A stretch of DNA of 64,000 nucleotides from TPA_inf: Saccharomyces (Eukaryota): positions 416,001 to 480,000 of the forward strand of contig BK006944.2 of the NCBI GenBank assembly GCA_000146045.2. Direction: 5' to 3'. The notes beneath the pieces were generated by a model, which ran no database searches, had not been told where the DNA came from, and was given only the letters and a program-made list of their open reading frames with translations. Position 1 is the first letter of the stretch, and every line of letters starts with the position of its first letter. The translations under genes were made by a program, and so were the position numbers. This document shows positions 36,201-47,261 of the stretch, one piece after another.

Positions 36201-38078
36201 ATGGTAGTTAAGAAGCGTAAGTTGGCAACTGAGGCCGGTGGCAGTGATGAAAGGCCTAAATACTTGCCGGGAAAACATCCTAAAAACCAAGAGAAAACTC
36301 CGCATGTGGATTATAACGCCCCATTAAACCCTAAATCTGAACTTTTTCTAGATGACTGGCATATACCTAAATTTAATCGATTTATTAGTTTCACTTTGGA
36401 TGTTCTTATCGACAAATACAAAGATATTTTCAAAGATTTCATCAAACTACCAAGTAGGAAGTTTCATCCACAGTATTATTACAAGATCCAGCAGCCAATG
36501 TCTATTAATGAAATCAAGTCAAGAGATTATGAATACGAAGATGGTCCAAGTAATTTTCTTTTGGATGTTGAGCTACTGACAAAGAATTGTCAAGCTTACA
36601 ATGAATATGACAGTTTGATTGTAAAAAACTCCATGCAAGTAGTAATGTTGATTGAATTTGAAGTATTGAAGGCAAAAAATTTGAAAAGAAATTACTTAAT
36701 TAACAGCGAGGTCAAAGCCAAATTACTGCACTATCTTAATAAGCTAGTTGACGCCACGGAAAAGAAAATCAACCAGGCTCTGCTGGGTGCGTCATCTCCT
36801 AAAAACTTAGACGACAAAGTCAAGCTAAGTGAACCGTTTATGGAATTAGTCGATAAAGATGAACTTCCTGAATATTATGAAATAGTGCATAGCCCCATGG
36901 CTTTATCGATCGTAAAGCAGAACCTCGAAATTGGTCAGTATTCCAAGATATATGATTTCATCATTGATATGCTTTTAGTTTTTCAGAATGCTCATATATT
37001 CAATGATCCAAGCGCTTTGATTTACAAAGACGCAACAACTTTAACAAATTATTTTAACTACTTAATACAAAAGGAATTCTTCCCAGAGTTACAGGATTTA
37101 AATGAACGTGGCGAAATTAATTTAGAATTTGACAAATTCGAATTCGAAAACTACTTAGCTATTGGTGGTGGTGGTCCAGCCGCAGCAGGTGCGTTAGCTA
37201 TATCTGCTCTTGATAATGATATTGAGCCAGAATCTAACCGTGAAGATCTTATTGATCAAGCAGATTATGATTTCAATCATTTCGAAGGTCTCGGCAATGG
37301 TTATAATCGTTCTCTCCTAACTGAAGATTATTTACTGAACCCAAACAACTTCAAAAAGTTAATAGCCAAACCGGAAACAGTGCAATCCGAAGTCAAAAAT
37401 GAAAGATCAACGACATCTGATATTGAGAAGACAAACTCCTTAGAGAGCGAACATTTAAAAATCCCCAAATACAATGTTATAAAATCCATGCAAAAAGAAA
37501 TGCAATCACTCTCAGAGCAACACACCATGGAGTATAAGCCCTATAAATTAATACAACAAATTTACATTTTTTCTTCTAAAAATTTGTATTCGCAGGCAAC
37601 TAAGCCTTTACTGGGTTCAAGGCCATCATGCAATCAAAATTGGGTAGAGTATATTTTCAATGGTAATGAATTGAGTCAAAATGAAAACGCTTTCTCCTTC
37701 ATGTTACAACCCATGCAAACTTTTTTAACATTACAGTCTCATTTGACCTCATCATTAAAGGATACAGAGACTTTATTAACCATTAATAAAGAGCCAGTGA
37801 AGTCTAGAACTTCAAATGTAAACAGTAACCTTTCCCAACCTCAGCAACAAGAAAATGATGTTATTGGAAACGATACGAAGCAAGATATAGAAAATTTGAC
37901 AATCGGCGGCGGCAACAATAACGATATTGTTGGTAACGATAATGATAAACGTAATAATATAACCGAAATCTTTGATATTCGCTTATCAGAAGGTTTAAAT
38001 CATTTGATGTTTAGGTGTGAGGACAAAATATCTCATGAAACGGAATTCATGAATTTCTGGATAAATGTCTTACCATGA
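36201..38078 (+). CDS. RSC4: RSC chromatin-remodeling complex subunit with tandem bromodomains, 625 aa
   Basis: 625-aa ORF with two bromodomain-like regions in the N-terminal half. Matches RSC4 (YKR008W). Confidence 0.9.
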   Translation: MVVKKRKLATEAGGSDERPKYLPGKHPKNQEKTPHVDYNAPLNPKSELFLDDWHIPKFNRFISFTLDVLIDKYKDIFKDFIKLPSRKFHPQYYYKIQQPMSINEIKSRDYEYEDGPSNFLLDVELLTKNCQAYNEYDSLIVKNSMQVVMLIEFEVLKAKNLKRNYLINSEVKAKLLHYLNKLVDATEKKINQALLGASSPKNLDDKVKLSEPFMELVDKDELPEYYEIVHSPMALSIVKQNLEIGQYSKIYDFIIDMLLVFQNAHIFNDPSALIYKDATTLTNYFNYLIQKEFFPELQDLNERGEINLEFDKFEFENYLAIGGGGPAAAGALAISALDNDIEPESNREDLIDQADYDFNHFEGLGNGYNRSLLTEDYLLNPNNFKKLIAKPETVQSEVKNERSTTSDIEKTNSLESEHLKIPKYNVIKSMQKEMQSLSEQHTMEYKPYKLIQQIYIFSSKNLYSQATKPLLGSRPSCNQNWVEYIFNGNELSQNENAFSFMLQPMQTFLTLQSHLTSSLKDTETLLTINKEPVKSRTSNVNSNLSQPQQQENDVIGNDTKQDIENLTIGGGNNNDIVGNDNDKRNNITEIFDIRLSEGLNHLMFRCEDKISHETEFMNFWINVLP

Positions 38079-38351
38079 TGACTATCTCTCTCTTCATAGT
38101 CTTCCCATCATATGCATGTATCTATATACAACCTATATACACTTTGTAATATTATCCATCCTCTTCCTCTATATAGATTAAAACTGTTAATATTACACAT
38201 GACAAAAAAGTTGCGTCCGTAAAGAAAAAGTACTTAAAATGGGTAGGTTAGTTATGTAGGGAAAGATGTATGTAAGGATATGGCTTAACAAAGCTGTTAA
38301 ATGAAAAGAATATAATCGCTATTTTTTATATTATTCAAATCTTTTTTTGTA

Positions 38352-41054
38352 TTATAGTTTAGATTTTGCCTGCGATAGTTTTACAGCGGCGTTATCCAAT
38401 ACAATGACGTTTCTGGTCGTATCAATTGTTTGAAAAACGACAACCGAGCCTTGCTTCCAAGCTTTAACCTTTAGAGTATCACCTGGGAAAACAACATTGG
38501 TAAATCTCACTTTCAACTCCTCATATGGACCATAATGTTCAAACAATGCTTTCGCACTAATACCTAATGTACAAAGCCCATGCAGAATTGGCGTAGGAAA
38601 TTTAACTGCTTTGGCTAGCGTGGGATCGATATGTAAAGGATTGAAATCGCCAGATAACCTGTACAATGCGGCTTGATCTTTATTCGTAGAAATCTCCGCC
38701 TCAAAATCTGGTACCTTTCCATGTGGCACTTCAAAATTTTGGACAGCAAACTTGGCTCTTTTCCCATCCCTCACTTCCTTTTCTGGAGGTACATGTGCGC
38801 CCCTGATGAAGAACGATCCTTCGTTATAAGCTATGAGTTTCTTAGTTTTAATGTCATAAGTTTCGAAGCCACCAACAACTAAAGCGGCTTTACCATTCTT
38901 GTCAAGTACTTGTAAAGGTTTAGCAAGTGTCTTTAGAGTTCCATTACTTGGCATTGTCGGCGTGCAGAGCTTAAAATATTGTTCTCCATGCAGTAACATT
39001 GCATAATTGAAGTTATCGACTAAATTGTCCATAGCTAGTGTGGCAGTAGCTTGCATAAATGGAATGACGGCGAACGTGGGCAAAACTTGGAAGTCTGGAT
39101 CATTCTCGTAGGTGTACTTAAGCTCTTTGCTTGTGCATCCAAGTCCTAAATTGTACAAGATACAATCCTTGGTAGTGTACTTGAATAATCCATCATCCAA
39201 CTCCTTTGAAGAGTGCGCTTTTTGCACGGCTTGCAAGGTTGCCATAGAAGACTCCTCTGTGGAGCTCGGGTTGATAGTGTTGCGACTGAAATCAGTGATG
39301 TGGTTCCAATTTTCTTTAATTTCTTCCGGTTCAATAGTCTCTTTAATAGAAACATAACCGGAACTTCTTTGCCATCTGGTTTGCCCACACCAACCACCGC
39401 CAACTTCGAATAATTGGCCAATAACCCTTCTTCCAGAATACTTTTGTAGTTCTTCAGATGCCAACAAAACAACAAGTGGGGAGACTTGAGATGCATCAAA
39501 GTGGTTTGATAATTCCTTCTCCGAGAATATAGTCTTTGTCATAGCCGTTTCTGCATGAGGAGCGATAACATTAACAATAATTCCTCTCTTGGCACCTTCC
39601 AGTGCAATAGTTTTACTGAATCCTAAAATGGCGGCTTTTGCAGCGGCATAATTGGCCTGTCCAAAATTACCATAAATTCCTGAGGTAGAAGTAGTATTGA
39701 TAATAAATCCAGACTTTTGTTTGGTAAATATTGGCCATACTGCTTTTGACAATGAAAATGTGGAAAAAAGGTGGACTTTCAGGACAGCAAACCATTCCTC
39801 ATCTTTCATTTTTAAAAAAGATTTGTCACGCAAAATACCAGCGTTATTGACCAAGATGTCTACTCTCTGAAACTTACTTATTGCAGTTTGGATAATGAGA
39901 GGAGCTTCGGTGACCACATCATGGGAATCTGGAATGGCTGTGCCTTCACCATATAGTTTATTTATTTCTTCAACAACTGAAAAAGGATCCTTGATGTCAT
40001 TTACAACTACCTTCGCACCGTACCGTGCAAACCAGATTGCATGAGACTTCCCAAGACCACCTCCTGCACCCGTAACTACTACGACTTTGTTGCAAAGCGA
40101 CTTGATTTTCACTGAGCCTTGTTCATTGGGAGGTAATTTTTTTGCTTTGGTGATTAAATCATTATAATCCGAGAGTTGATATGGATGCTGAGTTTTGTTA
40201 AATGGCTTGTCCCTATAGTCTGTGATTTCCTTCCACTTATTTAAAATTGCTTCAGGAGTATATGTCTTGGGGTCTGGATTGAAAATTTGTCCAGAAGACC
40301 TCTCCCATCTGAGCTGTCCAAAGAATCCAGCAGCGAGTTCAAAAATGGAGTTTGACACTTTCGTACTTTCGTGTGTCAAATAGAGTACTAAGGGAACAAT
40401 TTTTTCCGGTCCTAACTGTTTCAAGATATGTGGTGGTAACACGTTTTCTGTCATACGTGATCTAGCCAATGGCGCAATTGAATTAACATTAATGTTGTAT
40501 TTGGCACCCTCCTTCGCGAGGGTTTCCGCCAAACCAACTAAGCCCATTTTAGCTGCTGAATAATTAGCTTGACCAAAATTTCCAAATAGACCGGCAGGGG
40601 AAGCGGTGTTAATGATTCTACCAAATTTCTGAGAGCGCATATAAGGCCAAGCAGCACGCGATAGCTTATAGCCACCTGTCAAATGAACATCTACCACAGA
40701 TGCAAACTCACGTTCTGTCATCTTTGCAAATGAAACATCCCTTAATATTCCAGCGTTGTTAATTAGTACATCAACCCTGCCGAATTCTTTTATAGCCGTT
40801 TCAATTATTTTCTCTCCATTTTCATTAACAGAGTCGTAATTTGCCACAGCTATACCTCCGGCTTTTTTTATCTCATCCACCACTAAGTCTGCAGCTTTGG
40901 AGTTATGTCCTGAACCACCCAAAGTGCCACCTAGATCATTGACGACCACTTTTGCACCTCTGCTTGCGTAAGCTAGTGCATACACCTTACCTAAGCCCCC
41001 TCCAGCGCCCGTGATTACAACAACTCTATCTTTGAAGGATAAATTTCCAGGCAT
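38352..41054 (-). CDS. FOX2: Peroxisomal multifunctional beta-oxidation enzyme (two SDR dehydrogenase domains plus a hydratase-2 domain), 900 aa, C-terminal -SKL PTS1
   Basis: 900-aa ORF with a true ATG, two Rossmann GxxxGxG motifs (TGAGGGLG twice), and a C-terminal SKL. Matches FOX2 (YKR009C). Confidence 0.93.
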   Translation of the reverse strand: MPGNLSFKDRVVVITGAGGGLGKVYALAYASRGAKVVVNDLGGTLGGSGHNSKAADLVVDEIKKAGGIAVANYDSVNENGEKIIETAIKEFGRVDVLINNAGILRDVSFAKMTEREFASVVDVHLTGGYKLSRAAWPYMRSQKFGRIINTASPAGLFGNFGQANYSAAKMGLVGLAETLAKEGAKYNINVNSIAPLARSRMTENVLPPHILKQLGPEKIVPLVLYLTHESTKVSNSIFELAAGFFGQLRWERSSGQIFNPDPKTYTPEAILNKWKEITDYRDKPFNKTQHPYQLSDYNDLITKAKKLPPNEQGSVKIKSLCNKVVVVTGAGGGLGKSHAIWFARYGAKVVVNDIKDPFSVVEEINKLYGEGTAIPDSHDVVTEAPLIIQTAISKFQRVDILVNNAGILRDKSFLKMKDEEWFAVLKVHLFSTFSLSKAVWPIFTKQKSGFIINTTSTSGIYGNFGQANYAAAKAAILGFSKTIALEGAKRGIIVNVIAPHAETAMTKTIFSEKELSNHFDASQVSPLVVLLASEELQKYSGRRVIGQLFEVGGGWCGQTRWQRSSGYVSIKETIEPEEIKENWNHITDFSRNTINPSSTEESSMATLQAVQKAHSSKELDDGLFKYTTKDCILYNLGLGCTSKELKYTYENDPDFQVLPTFAVIPFMQATATLAMDNLVDNFNYAMLLHGEQYFKLCTPTMPSNGTLKTLAKPLQVLDKNGKAALVVGGFETYDIKTKKLIAYNEGSFFIRGAHVPPEKEVRDGKRAKFAVQNFEVPHGKVPDFEAEISTNKDQAALYRLSGDFNPLHIDPTLAKAVKFPTPILHGLCTLGISAKALFEHYGPYEELKVRFTNVVFPGDTLKVKAWKQGSVVVFQTIDTTRNVIVLDNAAVKLSQAKSKL

Positions 41055-41304
41055 GGCTTACTCAAATAAGAAATAAATCGAATGTTTGTTTAGCTTCGTA
41101 TATGTGTACCTTGCTTAATAAATTAGCTGATAAGTCCTTCTACCTTTCAACACTGGGAGTAAAGCAGCCAGAAACGACTTCTTATATAATTTCTTTACTT
41201 GTCTTCCTTGTTTTTTTACCCCATCCTCCTTTGCTTTCTTGCTGATGTTGATCCCCGTTGGAGTAAAAATTGGCAAATAACCGCCGAGAGTTCTAGTACG
41301 GATA

Positions 41305-41358
41305 CGGCGTTAACAAATTTCCCCGTCGATCACTTTCGGACTTAAAACTAGGCTTCCG
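41305..41358. promoter_or_regulatory. Two oleate response elements, both CGG-N3-TNA-N9-10-CCG. ORE1 is about 41305..41325 (CGGcgtTaAcaaatttccCCG) and ORE2 is about 41337..41358 (CGGactTaAaactaggcttCCG). They sit 250-300 bp upstream of the FOX2 ATG.
   Basis: Both match the Oaf1/Pip2 ORE consensus exactly, in the promoter of a beta-oxidation gene. FOX2 is a known oleate-induced gene. Confidence 0.7.
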
Positions 41359-41817
41359 GAACCACACAAGATTAAGAAATTAAGGCTTACAACAAGACTT
41401 GAGAGAAGTGATCGAATATTAGGATACTCTTTTTGTTTATGTAAACAATTACCGTAACAGACTCGGGAGAATCAGAAGGGAAGCTGCCTCTAGATATCAA
41501 AATGAACGAAGTAAAAATATCGAAGCATAAACAAAACGATAAAAACTTTAGAAACTATTGATTCTCTTCCAGCCTTGCCTTAGCTCAAGTTCCTGAATAT
41601 TCTTGTTTTTTATCGCTACGTACTCAATTTTTAATGCACCATAACTACTCAACATAACGGGTTAGTGAAATCTACTGTGCTGCTAGAATAGTATCACGTA
41701 CAGTAGTTTAATTGATAGCGTAAATTGAAAAATCAGCTAAATAAATTGTCATCAATTTTACAATAGCAGAAATGTAGCGATTAATAATTCAATAGGAAAT
41801 GAAAGGGACTTTAAATT

Positions 41818-41907
41818 CAGAAATAGGTGAATTTATGATGATTGTTGGGATTTCTTACTAGTAATTTGAATAGTAGTCACATGATCGTTGATTATTATTC
41901 CAATACA
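41818..41907 (-). mobile_element. Degenerate, internally deleted Ty1/Ty2-type delta LTR remnant, about 90 bp
   Basis: GAAATAGGTGAATTTATGATGATTGTTGGGATT... and ...TAGTAGTCACATGATCGTTGATTATTATTCCAATACA resemble the two ends of the neighbouring full delta (GAGAAATGGGTGAATGTTGAGATAATTGTTGGGATT and ...GTTGATAGACGATAGTGGATTTTTATTCCAACA). Most of the interior is missing. Confidence 0.4.
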
Positions 41908-42139
41908 AATTTTGTGTAAAGTCACTCTTTCCCCTTCTGAATGGTGCATTCGTGAAAGAATTTTCGATATTGTTGTATTGTAAACTAGGAATCAAAGGTA
42001 TCGTTCTATAATGAGAGAAGTATTAAAGGCACGCACTGATCGATTGTATCAGATATGACTATAGCTTTAGTGTTTAGAGTCATCTCTTCATACATATAAA
42101 TGTTGCAATAAAAATCAACTAATATCTATGTTGTCATAT

Positions 42140-42471
42140 TGAGAAATGGGTGAATGTTGAGATAATTGTTGGGATTCCATTGTTGATAAAGGCTATAATA
42201 TTAGGTATACAGAATATACTAGAAGTTCTCCTCTCCGGTCTAGGAATCCCCAAAATGGAATCTATATTTCTACATACTAATATTACGATTATTCCTCATT
42301 CCGTTTTATATGTTTCATTATCCTATTACATTATCAATCCTTGCACTTCAGCTTCCTCTAACTTCGATGACAGCTTCTCATAACTTATGTCATCATCTTA
42401 ACACCGTATATGATAATATATTGATAATATAACTATTAGTTGATAGACGATAGTGGATTTTTATTCCAACA
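42140..42471 (-). mobile_element. Solo delta LTR (Ty1/Ty2 family), 332 bp, on the minus strand, flanked by a 5-bp target-site duplication CATAT (42135..42139 and 42472..42476). Its right end lies about 85 bp upstream of tRNA-Leu.
   Basis: The plus strand reads TGAGAAATGGGTGAATGTTGAGATAATTGTTGGGATTCCATTGTTGATAAAGGCTATAATATTAGGTATACAGAATATACTAGAAGTTCTCC ... TTTTTATTCCAACA, which is the reverse complement of a delta (TGTTGG...TCTCA). It has terminal TG...CA, and perfect 5-bp direct repeats flank it. Its position upstream of a Pol III gene is typical. Confidence 0.85.
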
Positions 42472-42556
42472 CATATAAAGTTTAGAAAGATGACATAAAG
42501 ATTAACTTAATACATGACTGGGTATACTTGAATTCTAAAATTTTCAACAAATAAGT

Positions 42557-42670
42557 GGTTGTTTGGCCGAGCGGTCTAAGGCGCCTGATTCAAGAAATAT
42601 CTTGACCGCAGTTAACTGTGGGAATACTCAGGTATCGTAAGATGCAAGAGTTCGAATCTCTTAGCAACCA
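42557..42670 (+). tRNA. tL(CAA): tRNA-Leu, anticodon CAA (42591..42593), with a 32-nt intron (42595..42626). Mature length 82 nt.
   Basis: GGTTGTTTGGCCGAGCGGTCTAAGGCGCCTGATTCAAG[intron]CTCAGGTATCGTAAGATGCAAGAGTTCGAATCTCTTAGCAACCA. The A-box TGGCCGAGCGG and B-box AGTTCGAATCT are present. A long variable arm is typical of Leu. The 7-bp acceptor stem pairs with AGCAACC and is followed by a discriminator A. Downstream T-rich terminator (TATTTTATATTTTTTT). Confidence 0.9.
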
Positions 42671-42923
42671 TATTTTATATTTTTTTATATTGTGTTCAAC
42701 AATGAACAATAATGACGAATAATCCAGAATGATATAAACGTCCATGAATAAAAGTCCGTTATAATCATATATAATTGATGCATACCGTACGCTATTAGTT
42801 CTCTTTTGTTGGTTGCTTTTGAAGATTTAATTATGATATCATTAACCAGTCTAAAAAATTACTACAATTCGCCAAGAATATTTAAGATATGGTTGAGAGA
42901 TCCCAACATAATTACTGACAGAC

Positions 42924-45239
42924 TTACTGGTCGTCTTCATCACTTTCAACATATTTAGGTGTTTGGTACTTCTTTGTATTTATTTCATTGTCATCCACAT
43001 CCAGCATTGGTTTTCCATTAGAATTTCCAGCTGGTCCATGACTTGTTTTGAAATTAATTTTTTTAACTTGCACGTTCCTCGAATCAGAATCATCATCCGA
43101 ATCATCTGAGGAAGAGCTATCCAATGAAGATTCAAGTGACATGGAAGAAGAAGAAGAAGGTGAAGAATGCGACCTGGTAACCTTGACTTTCTTGAGCTGC
43201 GGTGTTCTTTCTAAACTGGACGGTATCGCTTGGCCATTTTTTCTTTTTCCAGGAGTTGAATTCATAACTGGCAACTTGGGTGAGACTTGTTCTTGTTCCT
43301 GAGCCGTACTATTAGAAGTTGCCTCCACTTTGTCTTTACTATTATCAACAGGATCTCTCATTAATTTGACTACTTTTATGGTCGAAGCTGCATTTGGCGG
43401 TTTCCCAGCATTGGCAAAAATATCTTTTAGGGATCTATTCCCCATATTTCTTTTTCTTTTAAACTCTATAACTTTCGATCCAACATCATCAGTTTTTCGT
43501 TTCACTTTTATTTTACCAAATTTTGCGAATTTCTCACCGGAAATAATGGTATTGGGATCATCAAAGTGCTTTGTTTCCAGACTTACCCCTTTTGAAGTTA
43601 TGGATTTGGGTTTATCTTTCTTCATTATTCCAAATTTTCCGTAATATGGTTCCGTAATACTATTCCTTTTTTGGACCTTAGTTTCCCCAGTTGGCTTGAA
43701 CCTATTTAGTTTCCGAATAGTTTCTTGTATTTTTACGTCTTTTGCATGCGAAGTAGATGACGCAGCACCCAATGATTTATCAGGAAACTCCTTCTCAACA
43801 AGTCGAAATAGGGCTTCCTTACCTTGACTTTGATGTAACCGATTATTCAATTCTTTTTCAGGAAAAAAGGGAGGAGAAACAACATTTTTGGTACTTTGAG
43901 TACTTTGTACTGCATTTTCAATATCACTGTTGAATGAAACGCTATCCAAGTCGGAATTGATATCCCGAAATCCCATCGATGCCTTCTTAGAATTGTTGAT
44001 AAACGAATCCGCACGATCATTATCGGTTTCATTAAAATCCTCTTCATCTGAAAATGCTTCTATCCTTCTACAATTCTCACCTATATCTTTGTCGTTCAAT
44101 GGCAGATCATCACCTTTTTTGTTTTGAACTTTAATTTCTAAGGAACTCTTCCTGGGACTATGAGCACCACTAGAGGGGTTAGAATATTGTATATGCATAT
44201 CAGAATTAGTATGAGAAGTAGTGCTCAATTGGAAGTCGGTATCAATCGAATCAAACGAAATTTGAGGGGAGTTTTCATCTGCGGGTTCATAATCAGCATC
44301 TTCTGACGAATTGCGTAAAAGATCTAAATCCTTTGATTCGGCCCTTTTAGCGCCATCATTTTTCTGTTGTTGAGTGGATGAAGGTATATTTTCTTTATTG
44401 TTATCACTCCCTTGCGTTACAACTCCCTCTTTAGCACGAGCGTGATCTTTTACGTCTTTGTGTACATTTGATGCCACTACTGTGGAAGTAAGTGGCATGG
44501 GACACTTTTCTTTATTCAGTGCATCATACTTGCTTGCAAGCGGTAGAATTTCGTTCATTAGCGGCGTTGATACTCTTGATTTATTAATGAAGTTATTCTT
44601 GAGCGAGCTTTTAGCTATTAGATGCATTGTATCTTTATTTGATATAGAAGATAAGTCTTCCTTAGAGATCTTTTTTCTCTTTTCAGTAACGATGGATTTT
44701 GTGGATGGCTTGTTGTCCTGCCGTCTCCGCTGTCTTGCCAATTGTAAAAGTGAAATATGTTGATTTCTACTCCAGTCTAATTCATCTTTTAAAATTACCA
44801 AAACCACACCATCATTTTCAAATACGTCTTTTATTATAAATTCAGAGTCCAAATCACAACCATGCCTATCTTGTAGAGATACGATTTCAATGGATTCTTT
44901 GAAATTTGGATAAAGTCTATCAAATTTAGTTAAAATTTCATTAGATAGTTGTAAAAGGGTATTGTCACCGTCCGTAAAATGTAAAAACTTTTTACAATTC
45001 GGGAGGTAGTTAATGAAATCACTACTACGATTCGACTGAATAGAATTTTGCGAAGACGGGCTCGTAGGAGAGGGGTCGCTACAGTTATTGATACTGTTGT
45101 TGTGCGTAATTATATCTTCATTATACTGGACCATAGGAGACACTGATTGTGGAGTATTCAAGCGTGCTTCGAGAAATGTGATAATATCTTGAGCACTTGG
45201 CGGCACCAGTACAATCTGTAACCTCCACATTTTTATCAT
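42924..45239 (-). CDS. TOF2: Nucleolar rDNA-silencing/condensin-recruitment factor, paralog of Net1, 771 aa
   Basis: 771-aa ORF with a true ATG, Ser-rich, and a Net1-like N-terminal domain (MIKMWRLQIVLVPPSAQDIITFLEARL...). Matches TOF2 (YKR010C). Confidence 0.88.
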   Translation of the reverse strand: MIKMWRLQIVLVPPSAQDIITFLEARLNTPQSVSPMVQYNEDIITHNNSINNCSDPSPTSPSSQNSIQSNRSSDFINYLPNCKKFLHFTDGDNTLLQLSNEILTKFDRLYPNFKESIEIVSLQDRHGCDLDSEFIIKDVFENDGVVLVILKDELDWSRNQHISLLQLARQRRRQDNKPSTKSIVTEKRKKISKEDLSSISNKDTMHLIAKSSLKNNFINKSRVSTPLMNEILPLASKYDALNKEKCPMPLTSTVVASNVHKDVKDHARAKEGVVTQGSDNNKENIPSSTQQQKNDGAKRAESKDLDLLRNSSEDADYEPADENSPQISFDSIDTDFQLSTTSHTNSDMHIQYSNPSSGAHSPRKSSLEIKVQNKKGDDLPLNDKDIGENCRRIEAFSDEEDFNETDNDRADSFINNSKKASMGFRDINSDLDSVSFNSDIENAVQSTQSTKNVVSPPFFPEKELNNRLHQSQGKEALFRLVEKEFPDKSLGAASSTSHAKDVKIQETIRKLNRFKPTGETKVQKRNSITEPYYGKFGIMKKDKPKSITSKGVSLETKHFDDPNTIISGEKFAKFGKIKVKRKTDDVGSKVIEFKRKRNMGNRSLKDIFANAGKPPNAASTIKVVKLMRDPVDNSKDKVEATSNSTAQEQEQVSPKLPVMNSTPGKRKNGQAIPSSLERTPQLKKVKVTRSHSSPSSSSSMSLESSLDSSSSDDSDDDSDSRNVQVKKINFKTSHGPAGNSNGKPMLDVDDNEINTKKYQTPKYVESDEDDQ

Positions 45240-45634
45240 TTACTTATTTGAACCAAACACCAAGGAGGGCAAAGGATATTATAAGAAATGTGGCAAAAGA
45301 TTGGCGTATTTATTGAATGCTTGTATAATTGGGTAGCTAACCAAAAATGACTTGTTTTCCTTCTTCAGCGAAACTAATAAATAAACAAACAAACAAATTA
45401 GGACCATCTTGCATTTGAGATCTGAAGAATATGAAAAAAATTATATAACAGTATCGTATAATGCGACTTTTTTTCGTGATGCCTATGTAACAATAGTAGA
45501 GAAAAAACAGGTCACATTTCTATAAATGATTGAATAATTGGTTCTATATACGTACATACTTTTGGAGTTTTACTTTTATTCTCTTGATTTAATGGATGTA
45601 GATGCTATAAAAAGACATGTTTTCCCGGAAATAG

Positions 45635-46696
45635 TTAAAATGATATTTTGCCATTTTTATGCGGATGATGGCTATTAGGAGGGTTTTTAGTGATTTTTTT
45701 TTTTTCCACAAGCTGAAATTTTCGAGGTCTTTGTCTCGACCAGGCTCTCAAGTCAAAAGTTTCATAGTCTTCGGCCATCAATTTAAAATAGCTTTCAAAA
45801 TTTGACTTGATCAGATCGTTTGTAGCACTTGAATGCATGAAATTCACGTTTGGTTTAGACTCAGGACCTTTATAGATGTAGTCTGTCGAGACAGCCTCAT
45901 CATCGGTACTCAAAGATGAAGGAGACAGCGAATTTACCGGAGAAAAATGTCTTGATTCGCTTTCCAGAGATGCGGAAGGCTCATTGTTTGAGCACGATGC
46001 CAAACTATTTTCCTTAAGATTTTGTTCCTGGATGTTATACTTTTTCTTCATCGAGTTATGATAATTTTTTAAAGTTGTTGTCAAAAGTCGCTTATTCGAT
46101 AAAACTTTGGTCTTTATGATAGCAATAGAAACAATATTTTTGAAGTTATCGAAAACCTCCATGTTGAACTGTTCCTGTTTTTTCTTTTGTTTGGCAATGC
46201 TTTGACATATTTTATCATATTGAGACCAAAATTGTTCAACGTTTAGTTTTGAGAGATCTCTATTCATTTTTTCTAGACAATTTTGTAACCAGGCCCGTTT
46301 ATCATAATTTTTAAATCGTTGATCATTCTGGAAAACCTCCTTCCAGGAAGTGTTCTTAACCACGTTAGCGTCGTTATCCACGTACAACAAGGCAGACAAC
46401 TTATTTAATTGCCAACGACCATCAGATTTCCAAATGAAAAAGGTGTCACTTATTTCTTCATATTCGAGAATGTAGAAATGGGGAATACAATTCGGCTTCA
46501 AATATGCGGGTGCACAATCTATCTTCAAATTTTCTGTTATGGTCTCAGAAGTTTGCAACTCAATCCCGTACAATTCTTGAATAGAATGCACGAACTTGAT
46601 AACCTGAGTTAAAGTGAGACCTTCCTTAATACAGGTCAATTTAACACGTGGTTGTTCTTCACCAGCGTATAAGTAAACGGTTTCTAACTTGGACAT
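45635..46696 (-). CDS. Protein of unknown function, 353 aa
   Basis: 353-aa ORF with a true ATG. Position and length match YKR011C. No recognisable domains by eye. Confidence 0.8.
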   Translation of the reverse strand: MSKLETVYLYAGEEQPRVKLTCIKEGLTLTQVIKFVHSIQELYGIELQTSETITENLKIDCAPAYLKPNCIPHFYILEYEEISDTFFIWKSDGRWQLNKLSALLYVDNDANVVKNTSWKEVFQNDQRFKNYDKRAWLQNCLEKMNRDLSKLNVEQFWSQYDKICQSIAKQKKKQEQFNMEVFDNFKNIVSIAIIKTKVLSNKRLLTTTLKNYHNSMKKKYNIQEQNLKENSLASCSNNEPSASLESESRHFSPVNSLSPSSLSTDDEAVSTDYIYKGPESKPNVNFMHSSATNDLIKSNFESYFKLMAEDYETFDLRAWSRQRPRKFQLVEKKKITKNPPNSHHPHKNGKISF

Positions 46697-47261
46697 GGTT
46701 TCCTTTCTTTGTACTTGGTATTTCTTCTTCTTTTTCTAGCTGTCTGTATGAGTACTTAACTGTAACAGAATAGTAATGGGTTCAGGCTAAATCTCTTTAA
46801 TTATGGCACCTTTATGCTGATATAAATCCCTATACATTTCTTAGGGGTGTGTTTTGGTTTTTGGTCTCATAGTTTTGACAGCACGTTGGAACGCCACTCA
46901 TGCCTTAAAAGGCCGGGTAATGATTTATAGTCCAATTATATCACAGCACTACAAGACGTCAAAAATTCACGGCGGCAAAAGGTCTGTAACTACCTAAACA
47001 TTAAAAGCCTTTGAGCTATAAATCATTATGTACACTGAGAATGCCACATGCTAAAACAAGGAAGTTTTCAGCGAAGTAGCACATTAACTGACCACTCAAT
47101 AGAAAGAAAACAGAAAGTGGAATGGATGGCCACTTTCATGTTATCAGTGGTGATTACTTGATGACAAAATAACGCTATTCGAGAGCGAGCTATAATTCTT
47201 GACCAACTGGCTCGACCTTCTTCGTCATACTGTAGATCAAAATTCTACCATTACTGGATTC

